Source: Orbicella franksi
Lineage: Eukaryota
Assembly: GCA_964199315.1 (NCBI GenBank)
Contig: OZ116698.1
Span: 24,924,001-24,988,000, forward strand
Direction: 5' to 3'
Length of the DNA: 64,000 nucleotides
The position numbers and the translations under genes were made by a program. Shown here piece by piece: positions 47,101 to 60,800 of the stretch (the first letter of the stretch is position 1; each line of letters starts with the position of its first letter). Below the pieces are notes generated by a model, which did not search any database, was not told the DNA's origin, and saw nothing but the letters and a program-made list of their open reading frames with translations.

Positions 47101-50100
47101 CATTGAGATATCCCATTAGCTTATCTTATCGTGTGGTCAAATTCTAACACTAGGACAAAGACTGAAGCAATTTGATTTTAATTAGTGCAATGAACAGATC
47201 ACGTATTGGACAGTTATTTAGCGATCATAAGAGTCATACCGGATGCGGTGTTACAGTTGTTACAAAATGTATCAGTTTCTTGTGAAATAAGTTTAATTTG
47301 CACTGTATTGTACACCAAAGTACTGAAAATCAATAAACTAGTAATTATTAACCTGGAAAATTGAATATTTTAATTGACCCCGATAACTTGAAACCCCGCT
47401 AACTCGAACAGTTTTTCGTTTCCCTTCAGAGTTCGAGTTACTGGGGTTCTAATGTAATTCTTTTCCAAGATTCTTCCAGTCAAACAGGACTGCCCCATTC
47501 AATGCCTAAAATTTGGTCCTAATTGAATCCTCAGGATTTTGGAAGCAATAATTTTTCCACAGTTTCCAAGGAAAATCAAAGTTTTCAACCAAGACATGTT
47601 TAAATCCAAAGGTTATTTTTCCCTTCAATAAGAAATGTAAATTCAGGGAATGAATTAATGTGGAACTTTCAAAAGATTCCAGGAGGGAGTTGAACCCATG
47701 ACCTTCTCTACGCTGGTCAAATGATGTATTTGAGCAACAACATGATATTTAACCCTCTGTGTTTACAGTGACAAGGTTAAATGGATGGAAGTTGCCACCA
47801 AACTTGCTGAATTTCATGACAATCAAGGTGAATTCATAACGGTACGTCATTTAAAATATAAACATTACACCCCTGTATATATGATCTGAAAGTTATACAT
47901 TCAATTTTGTGCTTTCAGCTGTGACTCTCAACATTTATTGTAAATCCATTTTCAAAGGCTATTGGAACTGAGCCATGAATGAGTGCATAATGCGAAACAT
48001 GGGTCACTCATCTTAGCTAATCATGAGCTGTGCTTCATTGTTCTTAAAAACACAACTAAGACATGTATTACAATGAGCAAGTTTTTTTTCGGTGTTCGCT
48101 CTAAGCATCTCCTTTTGATTCTTACAGTGCACCTACTCCAAACATGGCCACCCAAGAAAATTCTGTTAAGATTCAACTATAGCATTTGCATGTTAAATCA
48201 ATAGAAATGGTTAAAATTAATGTTTTTTTTTCTGATGGTGCACAGCCAGGGCATCTTAAGATCGATAACTATTTTTCAGGTAACTGTAGCAGTTGGTAAT
48301 GTCTACAGTTTTCACTCTTTAAATTTACCCAGAATTTTATTGGTGGGCTTCATTGATGTGGGTATTGCTGCAGATAATTTGATTTCTGTTTGTTACTTAC
48401 ACAAGTGAACAAGATAATTGAACCCATCCATGTTAGTAGTATCTGTGGAAGTTTTGTGTAGCCCAAGCTCAGACTGGATGCATCAATTGTAATAACAACA
48501 TACCTGTTGTTAACTTAGGCAGCAGAAATTTGGGAGGAGATTGCAATTGCCACTGAGAACACTGCAGAACAATTGAAAATCTGGACAGGAATTGTTGGGA
48601 TTCTTGAAAAGGTTGGTTGATTTGTTCAGCATTATTAAAGTACAACAGATGTCATTGGGTATGGGTTTGACATCGTGTTATATTCCAGCCATTTATTTAA
48701 TTTCTTTGTGGTCACTAATGGTATTAACCATGAATGTTTCTTCCAGAGACCATTGGAAGAGAGTGGAATTAAGAAAGTAAGTCTAAGAAATATTAATAAT
48801 ACACTGTAGTTTTAAGTGTTTCAATGGCAATAGCAACTTCAAGACCACGACACACCTTTGTTTCAGACAGGTGATGCATCAGAGCTAGACCAGTCTACTT
48901 GGTTATCCATAACTTTTTTCCTGGCCTTCATTGCTTCACAAAGTTACCTTGTAGATGTATAATATTCCTGTGATTACATTGTGTAGTTCAAGAAAATATC
49001 CGTACCTAGCCCACAGAAGGGATTTTTTTCTAAGACCCCCCACCACTCTGGAAATTTCAATCCCTTCTGTGGGGGGAGTATGGATATTAATATTCTCTGG
49101 AAGAGGAGGGATATTGATTTTTTTTCTGGAACTGCACTTTGTAGAGCAAATTTTAAAATTAGTATACATATCCTTGTTGTAATCTCAAAATGATGACTCT
49201 CTTCTTTTCAGTATTTTGCCTGAAAGCACAGCTAAACAAGCTTGTTGTTGCTAAACACGCTAATCCAGCTTCATTTCTGTGATCTCTTTTAGTTACAGGC
49301 AGCATATGAGAAAGTTGTTCATGGTAACCAGTCTCAAGAGCCAAACAAACAGCTTGAGATACACTTTGAAAATTACCTCAGATTTTTAGTGAAACACCAG
49401 GTAAATTACAGCATTTATAGACATGTTCACTTAAAACATCTCACTAAGTAAGGAATCGTTTTCCTCTCTATAGGAGAAGACATAAAGTAAGCTCTTTGGG
49501 TATTGAGTTTAAACTTACTTAGAAATGGGATTGTTAGTTGTTTTTGTTATAGTGGATCTTTTGTTAAATGTATGTAGTATATGCCTAATTGAAGAAATTT
49601 GTCATGAAAAAGGTCTAAACCATAAACAATATGACACAGTGGTTTTCTGGGAAACTTACAATCTAAAACTAATTTGCATTCTTACAGATTGTGTATTTGC
49701 ATTAAAACCAAGAGATGATGATTATCTCTGGATTAAAACGGATCTCGTGTTCACCAGCTATACTGTTGCAAACTTGAGTTTATCTGAAAGCTCTTAATGT
49801 TCAAATTTTCCTTTGTTTTCCACTAACTTAGCTACCTTTTGGGATGGTATGGACAGTTTTTATTGTTTTTTTTTAAACTACCACTTTGGGTAGCTGACCT
49901 GTGATCATAAAATGCTACGAGGAAACAATTTTCAATATTCATGATAATGTGCATGCTTTTTCAGTCTTCCCATAATTCTGTAAAGTCGTATAGTTTATGG
50001 TTAACTTTATACTTTTGCTCAGACAATGTCTTTTTGCAATCAGGTGTTTACTAAGGTGTATGTAAACTCAATGTTTGTACTTTTTACTCCACTGATAGTT

Positions 50101-53100
50101 TTTTCATTGACCTTAAAAATGTAGTGTTTTGTGAAAACTGTTGATCCAGATCTCTTCTGATCTTGTGCAGGTTGGTGAAGATGATGAATTGTTCAATGAT
50201 AAAAGACAGAAGATTTGCGATGAAGCTAAATCTATGATGATGTTGTTTCCTACTTCAACGTTTGCATTAGAATTATTGGGAAAGGATTTTCTTCAGTCTT
50301 TGATAACTGCACGTGAGTGTAAATAGTTTACACTTTATGAATTACTGCCAATAATGGTCAATTATTGATCATTACTGGCAATAACTCATAAGATATAGAA
50401 AAATAAAATAAAATAATAAAATTAGTTTATTTAGAGAGCAAACCACATCAGCTTAAGCAGCTGGTTTTCATGCTGGTCGTCTATCCTGGTTGAATTGGAA
50501 TTTGGAGTGTTGGTTTTTGTGGAGGGAGGAAAACCGGAGAACCTGGAGAAAAACCCTCAGAGCAAGGCAAGAAAAAATAACAAACTCAACCCACTTATGG
50601 CACCGGGCCAGAATTGAACCTGGGCTATATTGGTGGGAGGAGAGCCCTGTCACCAAAGCACCATCCCAGCTCCCCTAATAGGATGGTGCACTGGAAATGC
50701 TCACTTATGCTTATTTTACAAACTAAGGATGATAATTACCAACAGAATTACCTTGTGAATTCTGAACATGGGCCAAAGTAGCCCATATTGGTGTGCACTA
50801 CAGAGCACAATGCAGTCAAGAGTATTGCCACTCCCCTGGTTAGCCCTGAACAATATTTTGTCAGATTGCCCTCAAGAGTGTCTAGTTCACAGTTTTCGAG
50901 TACTAGTTAATACTCCTGGGGTGGACTAGAAAGGAACTGTACATATTAGAGTAAAAGTCATGTCCCACACCATAGTGACAACACAGTGATCTGGATTCTA
51001 CTTTATTTTATTTGGCCACTCATGTTGTACTCACTTTTTAGTTTGTTGATCCTACTAGATAAAAAAGCACAGAATTAATGATAGCTAAGGAGAGATGTGG
51101 CTAATATTTCATTGTGAAAGTCACTAAACAGAAAATGTGAATAATTATCCATTGATTATAAAAATTTACTGTGTACCACACACAAGTTTCATTTTTTTTT
51201 ACTGGCTCCTGTAAATACATGTATATATAATTATAGTAACTCTACGAAGAGAGCTACAGTGTTGGGAACACATTGGCCCTCTTATCTTTATCCATTGAAT
51301 GAGTGGCTGAAGGTGATGCTATATGGAGTCATTGTGGTTTTACTTACAGCTACACCAGAGATGACAGATGTATTTCAGAGGCTGTGTCACATGAAGCCTG
51401 GATCTGGGATAGGCATGGTTGGACTAGGAAGTGTTTTGCTTCATCAGAAAGAGTTTTTGATGGCAAAGGCATTGTTACAAAAAGGTATGCAGAGAGTAAA
51501 CGCTGTCCGGATTGACGTCAGTCAGTATCCACAGAAAAAGAAAGAATCATCATTATTTTCCATTTTGATAAATAGATTTTTAGCTTATATATTGGGGGAA
51601 TACTGGACCATCTTTAACCATATCTTACTGGGGTTTCATTAAGGGCCAGGCACCAGGGAAGCTGACCGGCTGTGAGGATGATTTTGCCCAACTTGCTTGA
51701 CCATCTAGTTTGACCATCTAGTTAAAAGTTTTTTCTAGTTAAAAAGTTCAGTTCAATTAGTTTTGCCTGCCTGTGAAAACCAGTTGTCCTCCTGCTGAGA
51801 ATGGTAATGAAACCCCTGTCTTAGTGTAAAAACTCGTAAAGGTAACAGCAAATGATAATGTATCACAATTTATGAATTTAAAGAGGTAATATTAATATCA
51901 CACGCATTCCATATCACTCAAAAAAGTATTTCTTTTAATGACTTGTCTTTGGCGAGTGGTTTACAAACCCTTCTTGTACCCTTTCCAATATGGTGAGTAG
52001 TAAAAAGGAAAACTGCAGTCGAGTGCCTAATTAAAATCAGTGTTGTTTGATTAAAGGTTTACAGGCTTTCAGTGACTGTCCTTTTGGATGGCTGTCATTC
52101 TGTCAATCACAGCTCAGTCTTCATGACTATCAAGGAGCTGTAAAAAGTGCAAAGAAAGGTTTGTGTCATAACACAAGTTAGTGTTGTTATAACTAATAAT
52201 CATAGGCTGAAAGAAGTCACATAATATATTTACAAATTCAGCTTTCTCTGTCATCATTTTTAAAACATCTTGACATGAATAATAGACGTCATTCTTGGAA
52301 TTTATGGACTTTCTGTCTTCAAGACAAAAATAATGAGATTTTGTTAGCAAAGAATACGTCAAATACAAAAACAAAACCTCTTGTCCCAACTACACTGTAA
52401 CTGACCAGTTTCCCAGATGGGACAAAATCTTAGTCCTGTGTTCCTTTGAAGAAGTTCATTGTTAGTAATGCTCTTCTTATTTTAACGACTAATTTTCAGG
52501 TCTTGACTGTATAAACTCATCCACACCTGATAACAGACAGAAACTGCAGAGAATGTTGAGGTAAACTGTGTATGCCCTTGACTAACAGTACTTACATGGT
52601 ACTACAATTGTCTTGCCATCCTGTCAAACATCAGCCTCTTCTGAAAAACATTTTGTTCATGGTTGTTATTTCTAATAGCCTTGACAACTTTGCTTGTAGT
52701 GTAAAAATTCCAATTAAAATACCTGAAGGCTCCGGTACTAACAACACTTTTTAACCTTAAATTACTTGTCATGCAAGGAAATTACAAGTATTAAGTTAGA
52801 ACACCAATGTCATCTACTGTTATTGAATTATTGTCTCAAAATACAGTGGAAAGTCACTGTGGAAAGCACAAGTTATTTTACAATTCTCCTGTGTTTAGAG
52901 CTCACATGTTTGTTATTTATGGCAGTATACTACATGGCTTTAATTTGGTCCTTTACATGATTTCTGATAAGGATTATCTTTGCTTGTGTTTGCTTCTGGA
53001 AAAACATTGTAAGCTTTGATTTGTAGTCAATCAAAGCCTTCTAATACATGACAGTTATTAAAAGGACTGTAGCATACATGTACATTCAGTAGTATATTTT

Positions 53101-54836
53101 TACTAAAATTGTTAATCTTTGCTTGTTGTTTTTGGTTTTTTAACAGCTTAGCCAAAGCAGAGGCTCTTCAAAAACGGGGCCCAGCAACTGCAACAATGGC
53201 AAGAGACATTTATGGGAAGGTCAGGCTTGTATTCAGTTGATACTTCAGAAGTGCTGTGTCTACCTTTTTTTCTGTATTCACTTACATTTCCTCTAATTTC
53301 AGTTGTTGTCAGATGTCACAGCTGAAGAGGAGGTGGATACTCTAACTGGACTTGGTCAAACATTGCTTACTCTTGGCGATATTACACAGGCAACACACGT
53401 GAGTATTCTTTGTTCATGGAGTTTCTATCAGAACTGAGATCAAGGGTGAAAACCTAATTTTGCCTTGCTATCTAAGTGAGTGACTGTGAGATAGTCAGAA
53501 GTGTATGCGACACTGGATCGAACAGCCCAGGTTCATTACAGACCTAGACAGGGTCATTGTGTCGCATTCTAGGGCAAGACAGGTTACTCTCACATACCCC
53601 TCCCCCCTCCCACCCACCCGCCAGGTGTTCAAATTGGTATTTTATTGCAGGGGGTGTCCCATTGCTGAACTTTCATCCTATACAGAGGGGAGTAGAAAAA
53701 TCCCTAGTTGCTTCATACTTCAAGAAAATGAAGATAAGCACCATCCTGTTGGGTTACTAGGCTCAAACACAGACTCTTCCTTGTAGGACTGTGTGGAGTG
53801 CGATTTGTGGTAAAATAAATTGGGAAATTTCAAATCAGTTGTATATGAGTTGCAGACTGAGACTACCTGTATGGTTAGAAAGTCTAAACTTTCATTGTGG
53901 ACACTGTCATAATACAGACACTCAAACACATTGTGGTGTCCATATGAATCAGGTTTGATTGTATTACAAAAACTGATGCTAATATTTATTAACAATTTGT
54001 TATAAATTTGGAATGAATGTTGTTTTTCCTTTTTCTAGATTTGTGCCAAAGCTTTGAGCATTGATAAGAGTTATCCCTCAGCTCTGGCTTTGCAGGTATA
54101 ATGTGGATTGAAGTAGTTTCATCTTCTGGGAAACTTTTAGTCTCTAAGTTTATGTCTGTAATATGCATTCTACAGGTAACTTCTTTGTAGACTTGTAGGC
54201 TCATGTATATATACATGTAATTCTGTCTCTTGCTTTTTCATTTGCATCATTAACTGAACTAAAGCTTTATTTTCTTTTTTATTTCTCAGGGTCAAATCAG
54301 CTTTCGGGAAGAGTATTTTGATGATGCAGAATTGAGGTATATTAAATCAATACTATAACACTCATTGAGCTACAATACTTTGGGAATGATGCAACGTACC
54401 TTTGTGCGAATTGTTTTGGAATGACATATCAGGAATTTAATAGTTACTTTTCAAAAAAGAAAAAAAATCATTTGACTTTGTGTCACTTTGATTGTAGGTT
54501 TTTGGAAGCAATAGAGAGGAATAAGGACTGTGCCTTTTATTATTTTCTTCTTGGCAAGTTGTACTGGGAAATGAATGGAAATCTTAGAGCTGACAAGAAA
54601 AAGTGCCTTGCTCAGTTTTTAAAGGTAGAAATCACAAATAAAACAACATAACTTGGATTCTGATAAACTTGCGAGCAGCGCGGAACATAGATACAAGACC
54701 CCTTGATCTCAGTCTCACTTCGGAAAACTTGACTTTGCTGATTACCATCAGAACTACTTTAGCAAGTCAGAATAAATGGTAGATGATTGCCTGTATAGGA
54801 GGCACACATATTTAAGCTAACAAGGTAATATTATAT

Positions 54837-54871
<35 letters not shown>

Positions 54872-57800
54872 GAGAGTTTTCATTGGCTTAGCCATCATGG
54901 GTTATGAACCATTACACCATGCTCCACAAATATGCTAAGCATACGTGTGAGCTTTTGGGGGTGGTTTTATTTTAATTTTAGATCAGTTTTCTATATTTTG
55001 GGGGCATTTTTAATACACCAATTATTCCACTCATGCTTGTTCCACATATGAGATGATTATAGCCAATGAGGTGCATAGCACCTTGTTGGCCATCTACCAT
55101 GTCATATCCAATGCGTTCTTGCAGAATAATTGTTAAATATAATAATTTAAATATTTTAATAATTGTTGTCAATGGACTGTGACATGCTTGTCTTCTTTCC
55201 AAAAATGTCCCAGCCAAAAAGCTGCTCAATATAGTCATGTAACTTTTCACAAATCACTAAAGATGGCTGCTCATTTCGGTCAGCCATGTACTCTTTCTAT
55301 TTTGAACTTATTTCTGTTCATTTTCTAGCGGAATGAGTACAAATAAAGTTGTTTTTGTTGTTGTGGTCACATCTACAGGTACAAAGTAGGTTTTTACGAT
55401 TCTTTTTCTCTAGAACTCATTGTTTGATTCACCCAATGCAGTCATTCGATAAAACGATATTGTCACAAGGCTTAAAAATGAAAGTTTAGAATAAGTTGTG
55501 TGGGTAATTGCATAACACGCTTCACAGAAAACCAATAAATTGTAAATCATTAGTCTGATATGTTTACAGGCAGCCAAGTTGGATCCATACTACTCCCCAT
55601 CATTTCTGTATTTAGGACACTACTATCTCAAAGTGCTAAAAGATGTAAGGTACTGTACACTGTTATCAAGTTGTTTGCAAATGTCTGTGTTATTAAATGT
55701 GGTTCCAACTGACTGGCCTTTTAAACTATGCACTGTCAAACCTCCACTAACGGCCACCTCTCTACAACATCCACTTTCTTCTGTCCCCAAGGAGGGGTTT
55801 GGCTGTATAAATAATTGCTGCTGTTTGTTTTTTAATATTTTGACCAAGCTACCAAAGTAGGACAAGGTACATTATACAATTTTCTAAGATCGGTTTTGTC
55901 CATTTGTCGTGGGCCTTAGCGTGCCAATGGAACTCTTCAGCAATATGGTGGCCGTTTTAAATTCTATTGTTTCAAATAGCCATTATGGGATGCTCAGGGG
56001 GCAAATACATACTAATTTGTCCCCTGAGCATCCCATAATAGCAATTTGAGACAATAGAATTCAAAATGGCCGCTGTATCGCTGAAGAGGTCTATTGAATT
56101 GGTCATAAGTTGTTCTCAGTATGAATTATGAGCAGTTTAAAATATAATGTACTATACATTATGTACTATACACTAGTTAAATAAGTTGTTTATAAAGTTA
56201 TTTTGTTTCTACACCAACAGCAAAGCCAGCTGCTGCTATCAGAAAGCATTTGATCTTGATTCAAATTCTGATGCTGCTGGAATAGCATTAGGAGATTCTC
56301 TAATGGAATTGGAAGATGAGGTAGATAAAGCAGTTTTGTTGACAAGTTTCTTCTGGTTACTGGTTGTTTTGACCGCTTTCAAAGTTAACAAATCTGATCT
56401 CTTAGAAGATTGATGTGTGATTCCTTAGTTTATTGACTAACAACTTACAGGACTTTTCATTTGATGGATGTAAAAACTGCAGTAATTTACTTGTAAAATG
56501 AGGTGTAAGACCAGGCCTCAGTTGTTCAAAGGCTGGATAATGCTATCCATTGGATAAATCTCTATCCAGTAGATCAGGGTTAAAAAAACAAACCACACTA
56601 TCCGCTGGATAGTGATTTATCCAGTGGATGGGGTTAGCCACCTTTTGAACAACCTGGGCCATGAAATTATGTAATCAGAATGTGGTTACTTTTGTGAGTT
56701 GTATGTTGTTCCCCAAATAAATTTTTTACGCTTGACTTGGAATTTCATTACTCTGTTTGCTCTGAATTTACTGGGTGCCGAGATTTGGTATTTTGGTTAT
56801 TTTAGGTTGCTGCACTCAACTTGTACAAGAATGTAACAGCTATGTCCTCCCCTGGAGAGTAAGCAATAATATTTCTTATAGCAATGATATGAGATTTGGC
56901 AACTTGACTGAGATGGATTATGAGTGATACTGGTACAAGAAATGTGAAATTGAAACATTAAAATGCACTGCAGATGGGCCATCTGCTTCAAACCATATCT
57001 CTGTTGATGAAACTGCAATAAACTGAAGAACCTGTTTGTATTTAAAAGAATCTGCTTTTATTTTCAGTTACTCACATACAAGTCAAGTATGTTATATAAA
57101 TATAGAAAGTGGAAATTGTTTTCATTGTTTTGATAGAGTTATAGTGATGCATCTATGACAACAGGGTAAGGGAAAACAGCCATTTCAAATTTAAAAACTT
57201 TCATTACTGTTCCTATGAAGGGACCAAAAGTTTCTGTGCAGACACTTGGTATTTATAAACTTCAAGTTGATAAATAGCTACATGTTTTACTTGCCCAGAG
57301 GTGCAGCCCAACGGTTTCTTTAGAAACTAATATCTCCTGTGGAGATATCATACCATATACATTAGTTCATGTGTTTTGTAAAATACAAATACTAAGCATT
57401 CGCATCAAAAGATGCATAATGTGAGAGTGTTGTTTCTTGTTTCAGAGGTAAATGGGCATGGTTGCGACTTGGATTGTTTCACTTAAAACACAATGAGAGC
57501 ACAGAAGCTATCACGTGGTAAATATTGCAAACAGTACCTTTACCTGTGAATATATGAAAGATCATATAATTTATTTGAACATCGGAAAAAAATGTGAAGA
57601 CATGATTGATCATCACAGTCATATACACGACTTAAGCAGTTGCGAAATTAAAGCCTAACAAAAAAATTTACCTGCCTCCCTCGTGGCCACGTGTCAGATA
57701 AGGAATCAATATTCCTCCTTAATTTTCCCATTCATCCCCAATCTTAAAACAGTGGTTTTATCTCCTTTTTAATCAGAACAAATACATTTTTTAAATTTTA

Positions 57801-60800
57801 GTTTAAAAATTAGTTTCATTTCAAGGCAATTCCATAAAACAAAGATGTTCCCCACAAATTTCTGAACTTTTGTGAAATTTCTGAAATTTGAGAACCTTGG
57901 TCAGTCACAGTGAAAAAGCATGAACACCACTTACTTTGAATATAATAATTTATGAGGAGTTTTCAATTTCATTCTTTATTGCTAAAGTTTGATTCCCTTT
58001 TTGAAGCTTTCAGAGTGCCTTAAGAGCAGATCTTAAAGACAGGTATGATGTAAAGGATGTGTAACATTTATTTCTTTACTACAGAATTTCCTTCATCAGT
58101 TTAATTATTCTTATCACAATAATTTTCAGGCATTGCTGGGAATGTCTTGGTGAAGCATACATCAGTCGAGGAAGCTACATGGCTGCTATGAAGGCCTTTG
58201 CAAAAGCTGCTGAGGTCCATATTTTAGTCGGCTAGTTGTATTTTGCCTCTTGTTTGCAAATAGATATCCTAATCAAATATGCGGGCACAGTGTTAAGTAA
58301 ATGTTTGATCAATGTCCCGCCTGTACATCCCTGTACATCCCTGTGCATGGAACTTGTGGTTTTAACAAGAAAGGTCTCTATGTATTATGATTTCATTCCG
58401 TTCATCTGTCCTAAAGTGAATATAGCATGCTCATAGATTGGGATAACACTTACAAGGCTGTGGTCTGAGAAAAATACAAGGAGCCCAAAGGTTTCTAACT
58501 TGAAATTCTGGGTGCCCAACACTTGAGCTTATATGAAAAGCTTTTCTAGTCACTCAAAGGAAAAAGTTAGTCACCTGTTGCATGGGGGCACCTCAAGAGC
58601 ACAGCCATGACTTATTTGAAGTGCCACTATGATGAAATTCTCAATATCCGTTTCTTCACAATTTCATACACATCAGGTCTTTCCTAGAGATCTTGCCAAA
58701 TTTCAATTTTCTACGAACATTAAAACTTGTGGTGTTTGGACCTTAATTTCCGAGAATTTACTGCCGCCATTAATTTTCCTTGTTCCAAGTCTTGGTTGAA
58801 AATTTGAGAAAATGACTTCATTTTCTCAAAAATACCGCACAGGTTGAAATTATGATAACAATTAATGTAAAAAATTCCATAAATGTATGAGCCAAAGTTT
58901 TTGTTATTCTTTATGCTAATTGCTGTGTTAATTGTTATTATAATTTCAACCCGTGTGGTATTTTTTGAGAAAATGACGTCATTTTCTCAAATTCTCAACC
59001 AAGACTTGGAACAAGGAAAATTAATGGCGGCCGCAAATTCTTGGAAATAAAGGTCCAAAGGACATGAGTTCTAATGTTTGTAATAGATTGAAATTTGGCA
59101 AAAAATTTAGGAAAGACCTATTGTGTGCGAAAATTTAAAAAAATGGGTATGGAGAATTTGATCATAGTGGCACTTTAAGCAATGGACCACAAGTTTTTAT
59201 GGTTTATATGCTGATAAACCACGCGGCATGTTGGAAGAACACAAGAAGAATTCGTAAATCATGAGCCGCAGGTGAGTGATTTACGAATTCTTCAAGTGTT
59301 CTTCCAACATCCCTAGTGGTTTATCAGCCTATAAACCATAGAAACTTGTGGTCTATTGCTTTTATAATAATTCAGAAGACACACGGAATTTCCATGAGTT
59401 TAGTGGCACAATAAACCATAGCTGACTGAGCTATCAGAGCATGTGCATTCATTTAATTATTATGTAAAATGGGTTATTGGCCAACTTCTTTTTTTTTCTG
59501 GTGTGTTTGTGGGTTGAGACTCAGTCAAGGTCTGCAATCTTGCAAAAAACTAGGCCAATAACCAGCCATATTGACTGAACAAGTTTGGACAATAAAGAAT
59601 TTATTAGATGGCTTAAAGAACACCATTTTCTTGTGCGAAACAATGGGTAATCCCAAGCTAGCTACCCATCTTGGCTGGTTGGGGAGTCATTGGACTTGGT
59701 TCATCTTACTCATTTGTGGAGCTAGCCGAATAATAAATTATATTATAAACAGAGAAAAATAAATATTGGTAATACATAAATATGGCTGACAATAATCACT
59801 CGTATTGATTATAACTTATTTCTGAATCCACAGCTTGATCCATCATCACTTTACTGCCTATATCAGTAAGTAGGCTTGGTTATCCAATTCCAGTGCTGAA
59901 ATTTTTTTTCCGTGTTTTTTTTTGAGTGAGGGTATTTTTTTCTGGGAATCTAAATAAATCTGTAGGAATTAGGAGGCTCACTTTTACCCAGGAAGTGACA
60001 AGTATTTTCTTCGTTTGTGTCAGCTGACCATGTATCACCTGAAAGAAGTTCTTGTATCTACTGCTTCACTAGTAATTTTGTTTTAACCATTCTACCCTCA
60101 GGTTGGCAGCCATTAAACAACTGTTATGTGTTCACAGTGAAGCAATCAAGGAATATAAACTAATTCTGGACATGCAACTAGACTATGTTCCCGCACTTAA
60201 AGGTAATTACAAATCTGAGCTAAGTAATTTTTCTTACAAGCATTTTTGAAGTGCAGTTTTTCCTTGAGAAGTGAAGTTTTAAAAGTGCCAGTTGAACACA
60301 GTTCTGACATCAACATGTCCATTGGCATCAACATCTATATTTACACCCGCATAACTTGCAAAATCCTAGTTGGGACAGTTTACAAGTATTATAAAAATAA
60401 ATAAATATCCCTTTATCATGTAGGTCTAGGAGAGACATATCTTAATCAAGCACGGTCAGCATTGCAGCAAGATTTCAATGGCAAAGCAGTTGACTGTGTG
60501 ATGGAAGCTATCAATGTTTTGGCAAGGTTGGTGCTTACAGTTGTGCTAGTTGTGATTAACAACTGGTTTAGTTTTTTACTTCTGCACAGTCGTCATGACA
60601 CCTTTCCTGAACAGGCCGATCTTTTCTGACAGACTGGTTCATTCTGACTCAGTGGAAGCCATCTAGCCATGCCATGATATGCAGCAGTTCAACTGTGGTG
60701 ATTACAATGTCAGCAATTCATGTATTGTTCACAGTAATCAGTGGCAAGAACGAAGTATTTTGTTTTGATATGCAGCTAGTGTTCTCTCACCTGTTCTTAC

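Noticed and set aside
48867-48905. Candidate SKIC3 exon [11 protein letters not shown]
   Set aside because: No in-phase donor; the 30-nt exon at 48747-48776 with GTAAGT fits the phase and the expected length.
51259-51349. N-terminal part of the 127-aa ORF ([12 protein letters not shown]...)
   Set aside because: Intronic read-through upstream of the real acceptor at 51350.
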